The translations under genes and the position numbers were made by a program. The notes under the pieces are model-generated. The model was not told the origin of the DNA, did not search any database, and was given only the letters and a program-made list of their open reading frames with translations. 64,000 bases of DNA from the human T2T-CHM13v2.0 reference genome, Homo sapiens. This document shows positions 43,870-64,000 of this stretch, in pieces. Numbering within the stretch: position 1 is the first letter of the stretch; every line of letters starts with the position of its first letter. The DNA is taken from the NCBI RefSeq assembly GCF_009914755.1, contig NC_060925.1; one strand, written 5' to 3'.

Positions 43870-44420
43870 AGGTCTGGCATTCGTTCTTGAGCCCTGGGAG
43901 GTAAACGCCAATGCCTTCAAATGTCCTGCCTGGTAGGAGTGTCTTTGTTCACCTGGGGGCCTTGGGTCACTGGATAGTTTAATGGCGTGATTTAGGATGG
44001 GGTCTTTGGTTCAGCTTGACCTCTAGAGGGTTTGAGGTGGAGGTTGGCCCCATGGGCCATCAGCCATGTCTGTGTGAGCCCCAGTAAAGGCTGGCACCCA
44101 GGCCTGGTGAGCTTCCTGGTTGGCAGTGTCGTCACAGAGGGCTGTGGAAGTTAGTGCTTGGGGAAGGTAGGGCTGGCCATGACCCCACAGGGAGGGGACA
44201 GCTGGAAGCTCTGGGATTGGAACCTTCCTGGACCGCCCCCTCTGTGCCTCTTAACCTTGGCTGATTTTCATCTGCAGCTATAAGAAACGATAACCTTGAG
44301 TCCAACGGCTCACTGGGGGATCTGCGAGTCCTTTCAGAGAGTTATGGAGTCTGAGGTGGTCTCAGGGACCCCTCCCTGCTGTAGTTGGTGTCAGGAGTGA
44401 GGGTCCTTGTGGACTGTGCT
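43870..44420. mobile_element. ERV LTR fragment (MER21-like)
   Basis: aggagtgtctttgtt.acctgggggccttggg, gtgagcttcctggttggca, gtagttggtgtcagg motifs. Confidence 0.55.
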
Positions 44421-44481
44421 GGGCTCCTGAAGGGCCTGTCACGTGGGCAGCCCTCTGCCGCTGCTGGGTCTGCCTCTCCTG

Positions 44482-44727
44482 CTGGTGGAGCCTTCTGCTG
44501 CTGTGTGTTTGGGCCTGGAGCTCGCTTCAGTGGGAAGTGCTTCCCGTAGGCCTCCTCTGTGCTCCAGTGTGTCACGGTGCCTTCAGTGTGGCTCTGGTGG
44601 AGCCTTCTGCTGCTGTGTGTTTGGGCCCGGAGCTCGCTTGGGCCTGGAGCTCGCTTGGGCCTGGAGCTTGCTTTAGTGGGAAGTGTTTCCTGTAGGCCTC
44701 CTCTGTGCTCCGGTGTGTCACGGTGCC
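44482..44727. repeat. ~112-bp tandem duplication; second copy has an internal 17-bp triplication (gggcctggagctcgctt)
   Basis: ggtggagccttctgctgctgtgtgtttgggcc at 44484 and 44596. Confidence 0.88.
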
Positions 44728-45499
44728 CCTTCAGCATGGCTCTTCGTGGGTTCGGATTTGATTCCTGCGGATGCCCAGGGTTTCCCTGTGACTTGGAAGC
44801 AACTTCCTGCCATTTCTTGCTTGTGGTTCCCTGCCTTGTTGGTCGTGTACTTTGGGCCGTACACCCTGCGTTCTGCGGATGACTGTGAAGGTGGGGACAG
44901 GAACACACTCCCGATGTCCACACCCTGTGTGCTCCCCTGCCTTCTCTCCCCACGCTGAATTCAGGCTTGTCCACGTGACACCAGTGAAGGCAACACTGAG
45001 CTAACAGAGGCCTGCTTGTGTGGGGGACTTGTCCCCTCTGAACACTGCCATGGCCATGTGAGGGAGCCTGTCCTGGCTCCTTCAGGATGGGGGAGGACAG
45101 GGGAGAAGGGCCCAGCCCTAGGCCACCCTCCATCAGACACAGCCCCGGTGTGCACCAGGCAACACCAGCAGAAGGCCCCCCAGGCCAACCCCCGGAAGCC
45201 ACTGCATTTTGTGGTGGCTGCTTCTGCAGCATTAGATAACGGGCTCAGTGGGTTTCCCTTCCTCTTGCCCAAGCCCCGGGCTCCACTCAAGCTTTTCTAT
45301 CCCCCTTAATGGCTATGGCAGGGGTCTCGGTCCCACCTCCCTGTCTTTCTAGGGTCCCCTGGGCCTGTATCAGGGACTGGAACCCTGGTAGGCCCCTGGA
45401 CCATAGCTTGCCTGTGTGCACTAATTTCTCTTTGGTTTCTGGCAGCTGGGGAGCCCCTTTCTTTTGATCTCAACTAAGTATTTTAACAAGGTGACTTTT

Positions 45500-47208
<1,709 letters not shown>

Positions 47209-47410
47209 ACAAGTCAAGTTTTAAAAAGTAAGAGGAGCCAGGCTGCTTGCATCAGGCTCTGCTCAACAAACCTGGCCAGTAGGTGCGGCCGTGTGTCCGT
47301 GATAGCACTTAGGGGAATTTGTGAAGAGCTGTGACTGCAATACACTGCTATGACCTGTTGCCTGTGGCACTGTGACCACAGAAAATGATGTCTCTAACCT
47401 TACTTTGCAG

Positions 47411-47645
47411 AATAGAAAAGAAACGCACCATCATTCCTACACTGGTGGAAGCAATTAAGGAACAAGATGGAAGAGAAGTGGACTGGGAGTATTTTTATGG
47501 CCTGCTTTTTACCTCAGAGAACCTAAAACTAGTGCACATTGTCTGCCATAAGAAAACCACCCACAAGCTCAACTGTGACCCAAGCAGAATCTACAAACCC
47601 CAGACAAGGTTGAAGCGGAAGCAGCCTGTGCGGAAACGCCAGTGA
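47411..47645 (+). CDS. DFFB: DFFB exon 7 coding part with C-terminal basic NLS (IEKKRTIIPTL...RLKRKQPVRKRQ*)
   Basis: tgcag|AATAGA; TGA 47643-47645; total CDS 1017 nt = 338 aa. Confidence 0.97.
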
Positions 47646-47820
47646 CACGTACACACCACGTCCTGGTCTTTGTTTGAGGCCTGACGTGGGCATCATTTTA
47701 ACAGGTGCCTTTTTTGTTTTTTTGTTTTTCGTTTTTTTGGTCACTCCAGTAGCTCCTGGAAAAAACCTTAAAAAATGTTTCCTCCAAATCTGATTTCATT
47801 ACATTTCTGAATTGTTGGGG

Positions 47821-48773
47821 TTTTTTTTGTTGTTTTGTTTTGTTTTGTAGATGGAGTTTCACTTTTGTTGCCCAGGCTGGAGTGTAGTGGCGCGATCTCG
47901 GCTCAGCCTCCCGAGTAGCTGGGATTACAGGCATGTGCCACCACGCCCGGCTAATGTTTGTATTTTTAGTAGAGACGGGGTTTCACCATGTTGGTCAGGC
48001 TGGTCTCAAACTCCTGACCTCAGGTGATCCGCCCACCTCAGCCTCCCAAAGTGCTGGGATGACAGGTGTGAGCCACTGCGCCCAGCCTGAATCATTTCTT
48101 ATACCTTCTGACAGCCCAACTTCCAGAGGACAGCTCTGGGGTACTCGTTGGATGTCTGTGAGTACCTGGTCATACGGGTCAGTAGGGATAAGAATTGTCT
48201 CTGGGCTGAGGAATTCTTCTGTTCTCTGGTTTCACCAGCGTTGGGTTTGCTCATGTAATGTGGTCACCATACTCAAATGGTGTCATGGCTGAAGTTGGCC
48301 ACCTTGCTTGAGGGACAAGTTGTTTATGTATCAGCTCTCTGCTGGGTCTCCCTTTCCATGGCAAATGGGCAGCTCCATCCTCTTGACTCTTCTAAATGCC
48401 CAAAAGAGGTGTCATGCTTTGGGGGTACGATGTTTATACTCCGTAAAGAACATACAAGGACATTCACTGCTGATTTTTTTTTTTGTTTGTTTGAGACAGG
48501 GTCTCACTCTGTCGCTCAGGCTGGAGTGCAGTGATGCAATCTTGGCTCACTGCAACCTCCGCCTCTCAGGTTCAAGTGGTTCTCCTTCCTCAGCCTCCCA
48601 AGTAGCTGGGATTACAGGCACCTACCACCAGGGCCAGCTAATTTTTGTATGTTTAGTAGAAACGGGGTTTCACCATGTTGGCCAGGCTGTTCTCGAACTC
48701 CTGACCTCAGGTGATCTGCCCGCCTCGGTCTCCCAAAGTGCTGGGATTACAGGCATGAGCCACTGCACCTGAC
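47821..48773 (-). mobile_element. Two Alus in DFFB 3' UTR (47821-48087 internally deleted; 48474-48773)
   Basis: Alu consensus, same orientation. Confidence 0.9.
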
Positions 48774-49310
48774 CTGCTGAATTGTTTATAATGGCAAGAA
48801 ATAGGAAACCCCCCAATGTCTGTTGAACAGCTATCACGTTGAACCACGTGAAACTGCTGTTTTCTAGGCCAAAAATGGTGAGCGATCATTTATTTCATGA
48901 TTCAACCTGATACATTTACATAGTGCAAAACTGTGTCACAGTTTCAGGCTTTTATGAGGAAAGCGTTTCTGTGTAGAAACTGGAAGCTGTTCAGGGCATC
49001 GGCAGCTGAACCCTGCTCCGTTGGTCAGCGTTACTATCATCTCGGATCATATGGAGCTCATGTCAGCCGTGTGGGTGGCGGGTGCACAGAGACGGTCTGG
49101 AAGGAAACACGCGGATCTGAACAGCAGTAATCCTGGGGGATACGGGGGTTGGGCTAGATTACAGAGGGCTCATTTTCTACGTCATGTATTTTATGATACT
49201 TGAATTTTTTGAAATGGGCATTTATTTTATAACATGTTAAAATGTACTTTTTAAATTAAGTCATTTTGTAATATTTGAATTTTTACATTTGTTGTACAAT
49301 CAGGAAAAGC

Positions 49311-49316
49311 AATAAA
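49311..49316 (+). terminator. DFFB: DFFB polyadenylation signal AATAAA
   Basis: Canonical hexamer preceded by TGTA (CFIm) elements. Confidence 0.7.
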
Positions 49317-49400
49317 GATTTTTCAAAAATAGACATGTCAAGAAAGTTTGCACTCATTGAGGATGCTGAAAATAAGGATAAAAATAAGGAGTCTGTGATA

Positions 49401-49468
49401 TTTTACAAATTGACTTCATTTACAAATTGAGTCATTTTACAAATTGACTTCAATTTTACAAATTGACT
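49401..49468. repeat. ~17-bp tandem repeat x4 (ttttacaaattgacttca)
   Basis: Direct reading, just downstream of DFFB poly(A) signal. Confidence 0.85.
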
Positions 49469-49824
49469 ACATTTTCTTCACAGAGCTAAAGCAATACCTT
49501 AGAATTAACCCAGTCCTGTGTGGGGAATTTCTAGAAGTCCCATCTATGGTACGGTGATGTTTATCTGCTCTGATCAGGGAAGGACAAACAGTGGGAGAGT
49601 CAGGGCCTGGGAACCGGGGGGCCTGGTCCCTCTTCTCAGATCCCTCTTGCAGGGTCTGAAGAACTCTCTGGAGCCAGCAGATCCCACCTGTGCAGCAAGG
49701 AGCCTGGCCCGGACAGCTGTGAGGCCCTTCCAGCTCCATCGCTCCAGCCTCAGGAGACGAGCTGCTCTGTTTAACAGCCACAGACGTGGGCCTTTTTCAG
49801 AGACACATTCTTTTGTTGTCTGTC

Positions 49825-53732
<3,908 letters not shown>

Positions 53733-53863
53733 TTAGATGGGTCAGTTCTGAAGTTTGATTAAGACATTCTCTTGGAGATACATTTTATATAAATCTTGTA
53801 ATGTGCTAAATTGTCAAATTGTTAATGGTACTAAATACTCAAGGACATTATTTTGTATGGCCC

Positions 53864-54001
<138 letters not shown>

Positions 54002-54367
54002 TCAGTCATGAGCAATACATATCTGCACCCGCATTTGCAATGTGCCCCACCCAGCGGCTCTAGGGCTCGCAGAGCGCTCTTCCCTTTTAGACGTGTGAAA
54101 ATGCCTGAGTCCCAGCACTCGCCTCTAGATGAGAACTTCCTCCCTACTGGGCTGATCGAGTAAAGAGAAGGAAAGGTGCTGGGTTCAAAACAAAAGAAAT
54201 TAACAGCAAGCGCGGGGTGGATGTTCAAAAAAACCACAAACCTGATTTCATGGAAACACACCTTTCCCGAGAGCAGTGATTCTCAGCTCGGGAGATGCAG
54301 GGAGAGCCCCCAATTAGCCAACGGTTTCATTTTCTCCTCGTGGGTTAAAATGATTAGTTTATGTTTA

Positions 54368-54964
<597 letters not shown>

Positions 54965-55153
54965 TCAAGAAAAAAAATGTAAGGGGAACCAGACATATCT
55001 AGCAAATAAAACAGGCCTCAATCCAGAGGCTAGTATTTCTTCTCACATCGGAAATGATAAAGATGCTGTGACCACAACTTTCACAGATCGTCATTTCACT
55101 GTTTTGCCACCAAGGGACAAAATACAAGCGAGACTGAATCTAGACACACCCCA

Positions 55154-55244
55154 CACCACTCCTACACTTTCAGTTTTCCCTAGTGGCGTTACAGCTCCAC
55201 ACCACTCCTACACTTTCAGTTTCCCCTAGTGGCGTTACAGCTCC
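55154..55244. repeat. ~46-bp tandem duplication (caccactcctacactttcagtt..ccctagtggcgttacagctcc)
   Basis: Two near-identical adjacent copies. Confidence 0.9.
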
Positions 55245-55714
55245 TCAGGTGAATTCTGAAGCATATATTTATATATTATACAATTACAGTAAAAGAATCC
55301 AGCTTTCATTCATTTCTGCTAGGGCATAAGCTCTGTGAAGGCAGGGGTCTTTGCTTTATTCACCAATTAGTGCCTGGCACACAGTAGGTGCTCAAGAAAT
55401 ATTTGTGAAATTGACTTCGACAAAATTTTACCAAGCACCTCATCATGAGCAAAGCTCTGTGCTACACGCTGGCATATGGCCAAGTCCTAACCCCTCAACT
55501 GTAGGCTCCGTGAAGCGGCTCTACTTCACCGGTAAGTTCAGGAACTCGCTCCTCGGAATCGATGGCTGGGCTAGGGTGAACGGCAGACGGCATGAGATTC
55601 CTTTCCCCACCCACTCTGCCTTTCTCTTCAAGCCTCTGGCGGTGAGGCTGCACGGCAATGGGCCAGCATGACTCCATAGCACGCTAAGAGCAGAGCGATG
55701 AGCACAAGTGGCCT

Positions 55715-56585
55715 CAGAGCCTGGTTTAGACACACACACGGGTGGGCAGGTGCTAGGATCAGAGCCCGGGTCTAGACACACACACGGGTGGGAGGGTGCT
55801 AGGATCAGGGCCCGGGTCTAGACACACACACGGGTGGGCGGGTGCTAGGATCAGAGCCCGGGTCTAGACACACACACGGGTGGGCGGGTGCTAGGATCAG
55901 GGCCCGGGTCTAGACACACACACGGGTGGGCGGGTGCTAGGATCAGGGCCCGGGTCTAGACACACACACGGGTGGGCGGGTGCTAGGATCAGGGCCCGGG
56001 TCTAGACACACACACGGGTGGGCGGGTGCTAGGATCAGGGCCCGGGTCTAGACACACACACGGGTGGGCGGGTGCTAGGATCAGGGCCCGGGTCTAGACA
56101 CACACACGGGTGGGCGGGTGCTAGGATCAGGGCCCGGGTCTAGACACACACACGGGTGGGCGGGTGCTAGGATCAGGGCCCGGGTCTAGACACACACACG
56201 GGTGGGCGGGTGCTAGGATCAGGGCCCGGGTCTAGACACACACACGGGTGGGCGGGTGCTAGGATCAGGGCCCGGGTCTAGACACACACACGGGTGGGCG
56301 GGTGCTAGGATCAGGGCCCGGGTCTAGACACACACACGGGTGGGCGGGTGCTAGGATCAGGGCCCGGGTCTAGACACACACACGGGTGGGAGGGTGCTAG
56401 GATCAGGGCCCGGGTCTAGACACACACACGGGTGGGAGGGTGCTAGGATCAGGGCCCGGGTCTAGACACACACACGGGTGGGCGGGTGCTAGGATCAGGG
56501 CCCGGGTCTAGACACACACACGGGTGGGCGGGTGCTAGGATCAGAGCCCGGGTCTAGACACACACACGGGTGGGCGGGTGCTAGG
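55715..56585. repeat. 46-bp G-rich VNTR, ~19 units, C1orf174 intron 2
   Basis: tctagacaca at 55771, 55817 etc.; unit ctagacacacacacgggtgggcgggtgctaggatcagggcccgggt. Confidence 0.98.
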
Positions 56586-56651
56586 AGAGCCAGCCCTGGC
56601 CTGCAGAGTGTGTCTTTCTCTGAAGGCAATTACAGTGCTGTCACCTTTTCA

Positions 56652-56900
<249 letters not shown>

Positions 56901-57459
56901 CTAGAGAGATTGAGAGCCACTCAGAGAGTGCTCTCAGGAAGGCAGCATGAACATGTAGACGAGAATTTCCCACCTAAAGAACACCCGAAGACCGCCCCTC
57001 CCACTCCCAGGATTTTATCATCTTTGTGGAGACAGCTGTGGCCCGAATGTGTAAATCCAAATGAAACTGTGCCTGGATTTAGGATACAGGATCTACTATT
57101 TCCACGATTTTGGAGGCTTGGGACGATCTGTCCCCCTTATCTTGTATATTTCTAGTAGCCACCATTTGTCCTTTAGTGGAAATTAAGTCAACTTCAAAGT
57201 GTTTAGAATAAGCAGCACATGCCCTTCCTTAGAAGGCTCTCCAACTTTCATACGTTGTCAAAGTTTTTAAAAAAAGGTAACATGAGGAAACCAAAGTTTC
57301 TCTTCCTCAAATTAGACTCCTATTCTATTAGCTGAATGCAGCTAGCGACTGTCTCACAAATTTTAATATTAACAAACTGGTCCACCTCTCTTTTATCCTG
57401 AATGCAAAGCAAACTCCTCTAATAACAAGAAAGAAATTAATTAAAGACATAACATTTAA

Positions 57460-58854
<1,395 letters not shown>

Positions 58855-59407
58855 TTACAGAACTTGCTAAGAGTTGCCATAAACATCTCTCATCAAAATC
58901 CTCCCACTGGGTCTTAAACAAGCCCATCTCCCTAAAACGCCATCACGTGCCTCGTAGGGAAAAGACATCTCTGACCTAGAAAGCCACTGCCCCACCTCTC
59001 CTCCCTGCTGTGAGCCCTCCTCCGGGCGCTTTGCTGCTCTGTGCTGGAGTATGCTGTGTGGGGAGCCCAGCTCGGTGCCTGAACAGCTTTAAAGGAGTGG
59101 CACACCCATTTCAGATGAGGACAACTTGGGTAAGGAGCTTATGAGGTTATACGAGTGATGCCTGGCTTCCAAATCTCTATTCCATCACCACAGCTCACCC
59201 TAGATATGACCCCCAACAACTGCCTGAGGTGGGGATTGAACTGAAGAAGCTGCCACCCGCTCTGTGTTCTACGCCTGCACGTCTTTTCCCGCAGCAGGTG
59301 CTTCTCAAGGCTTCTGTCAGCATCTTGGCAGCAGTGGTTCTGAACTTTTCGCGTGCAACAGGTTCATCAGGTGGACCTTTTGGCCCCTTCTGCAGAGAAA
59401 AGCCAGA

Positions 59408-59494
59408 TGATCTGCTGGGCTGGAAGCGCTGGCTGTTAACAGACACCTGAGGATCTGGTGGGCCTGGAAGCGCTGGCTGTTAACAGACACCTGA
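59408..59494. repeat. ~44-bp tandem duplication (gatctg.tgggc.tggaagcgctggctgttaacagacacctgag)
   Basis: Two adjacent copies. Confidence 0.88.
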
Positions 59495-60499
59495 GCAGGC
59501 CATTTGCTGTCCTCTCCGGATTGACAGGAGTCAAAACATGAGATCGGCTTAGCTTCAGTTTCGTCATGGATTAACCACCTCCAAGGTGTCAACTCCAAAA
59601 TGTCAAGAATTGGTCACAGTCTCACTTGCAGATTCCTGCTCTGCAGCTGGGCAGCTTGGACTGCTCCCACAGTCCAAAAAAGGAAAGACTTTCTCATCAT
59701 TGAGATTCTCCTCATTCCAGTAGATTGTTTAATAACTGGTATGTCAGAAGCACAAACATGGTTTCTCCAAAAGGGCTGGCCGAGACTGACTTCAACATGA
59801 TGGCTCGAGGAGCTTCACTGACCTTCTCAGAGAGTAATGAGCAGTCCCAAAACAGCCATTTAGAGAGCCTTTGGAAATGGTCCTATGGGCACCCAGCAAA
59901 TGAAGAAACACTTGCTCCAGAACACCTACATACATTTGGTAAGGACACGGAGAGTCTGTGGCACTTGAGCTCCATCCTGCTGCAGCCAAGAACACAGGGC
60001 CACCTCCCCAGCTCCCAGGCAGCGGGGTGTCTTCCCAGGAGAGGCAGGATAGCAGTGCTTCCCTTTCTGCTCTCATCCCACCTGTGACTGAGACCAGGTC
60101 CTGAGTGAGTAGGATTGAGAAGAGGGGCCCTCCTTTCTGCTCAGACCCTATTTGTAGAATGAAGGCTTCACCTTGGCTCCATTCTACCAGTACGGTTTAA
60201 GCCTCTGCAAGAGGCTCCGCCCAGTGAACGGAGAAGACTGGGGCCCCATCAACCCCGTCCTAGATATGAGGTGGTTCCAGGCTGGGGAAGACACATTTGG
60301 AGGATCTCAGGCTGCTGCTAGCTCCCCCAGCCCCTATTCAGAGAGGAGCCCATTACTGTCCTCAGCTGCAGGCCCTGGCTCAGAGGCTCTGCCTGGGATG
60401 AGAGGCAGGCAACTAAACAGACAGCTCTTACACCTGCCCAAAGGCACCAAATTCCCTGCCATGGAATGTGGAGAAGTTCCGGCCTAAGGGAGCTGTTCA

Positions 60500-63240
<2,741 letters not shown>

Positions 63241-63599
63241 GGAATTCACAAGTGGCCACTCCATTTGAACAAACCAGGAGAGCCTCCATGCAGCTCAGAG
63301 CCTCCCAAGTGGACCGGGACCCGCGCCGGGTCCACTGTGAAAAGGGTCCTTCGCCTTAACTGTTACACCCACGCAATGAGCACTTGCCCCTTGCCAGACA
63401 CTGGCACCCCCCTTCAATCCTCACCACCCTCTTGGTGGATCCCTCATCACCCCACTTTTAGCACATTCAGTAGATGGGGCCAAGCTGAGGTCACTTGCTG
63501 TGTGACGTCCATTGGAGTGGCAGCAGTTGAGGGGCACAAACTCAGCTCTGCAGCATCTAGCACTACCAGGAGTTGAAACCAGTTCTGGAGAGGGTGCCC

Positions 63600-64000
63600 C
63601 ACCTTCCTAGGAAAGTGGCCCGAAACCTCCCTTCAAGGGGGCGTGACCTGGGAGCCCCCTGTTGCCCAGGACGTGAACTGTGAGCTCCACTTCTCCCGAG
63701 GGCGTGGACCGGAGCCCCCCTTCTCCCGCGGGCATGGCCTGGGAGCTCCCCTTCTCTCGGGGGTGTGGCCCAGAGGCCCCATTCTGCGGGGGTGGGTAAC
63801 CTGGGAGCCCCCTTCTCCCGGGGACGTGACCTGTGAGCTCCACTTCTTCCGAGGGCGTGGCCCGGAGCCCCCTTTTCACAGGGGCGTGACCTGGCAGCCC
63901 TCCTTCTCCCGGGAGCGTGGCCTGGAGCCCCCCAACTACTGCCGGGGGCGAGGCCCAAGCGGAGGCCGCTCCTAGGCCACAGGCACCCCGTGACCCCGCC
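63600..64000. promoter_or_regulatory. Edge of C1orf174 promoter CpG island
   Basis: GC and CpG content rise sharply; exon 1 of C1orf174 expected just beyond 64000. Confidence 0.65.
63637..63932. repeat. Degenerate ~30-bp GC-rich minisatellite, ~10 units (ggcgtgrcctgggagcccccttctcccg)
   Basis: cgtg cores at 63642, 63672, 63703 etc. Confidence 0.85.

Larger units (their letters stand above)
47646..49335 (+). other. DFFB: DFFB 3' UTR containing two antisense Alus; end approximate
   Basis: Continues from stop codon to AATAAA at 49311-49316 after an AU-rich stretch. Confidence 0.75.

Noticed and set aside
44342-45232. 296-aa minus-strand ORF
   Set aside because: GC-rich, spans a local duplication and LTR edge; no recognisable domain or splice structure.
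47821-48773. Inverted-Alu hairpin in the DFFB 3' UTR
   Set aside because: Both Alus have the same orientation, so no intramolecular duplex forms.
55715-56585. CRISPR-like or synthetic polylinker array (XbaI, SmaI, ApaI in each unit)
   Set aside because: Head-to-tail units without unique spacers, with natural decay at both edges; an ordinary minisatellite.
59195-59446. Faint resemblance of RTTAAKMLTEALRS to the TFIIS central domain (pseudogene?)
   Set aside because: Too short; no flanking similarity, polyA or TSD.

Overview
Human (primate) genomic DNA that I recognise as the 1p36 CEP104-DFFB-C1orf174 locus. CEP104 (minus strand) contributes exons 1-10 and continues off the left edge. It shares a CpG-island bidirectional promoter with DFFB (caspase-activated DNase, plus strand, 7 exons, 338 aa, complete). 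C1orf174 (minus strand) contributes exons 2-4; exon 1 lies just beyond the right edge. All exon calls were checked for GT-AG boundaries and phase continuity. Introns are dense in Alu, old L1, MaLR/ERV LTRs and DNA-transposon fossils, and carry several VNTRs (15, 78, 46 and ~30 bp units). Nearly all long ORFs in the supplied track are Alu-, VNTR- or GC-derived artefacts. I found no evidence of a new gene system. The most interesting unexplained signals are RNA-processing and regulatory architecture. These are: a ~285-bp duplication (not a TE I recognise) in two CEP104 introns with a box C/D-like core; a splice donor regenerated at the DFFB exon 4/5 junction; a frame-preserving 4-nt slideable CEP104 intron 9; an alternative terminal exon giving a 244-aa CEP104; a promoter built from a duplicated NRF1+ZNF143/ETS module; and motif-loaded VNTRs. 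TE subfamily names and boundaries are by eye and approximate.
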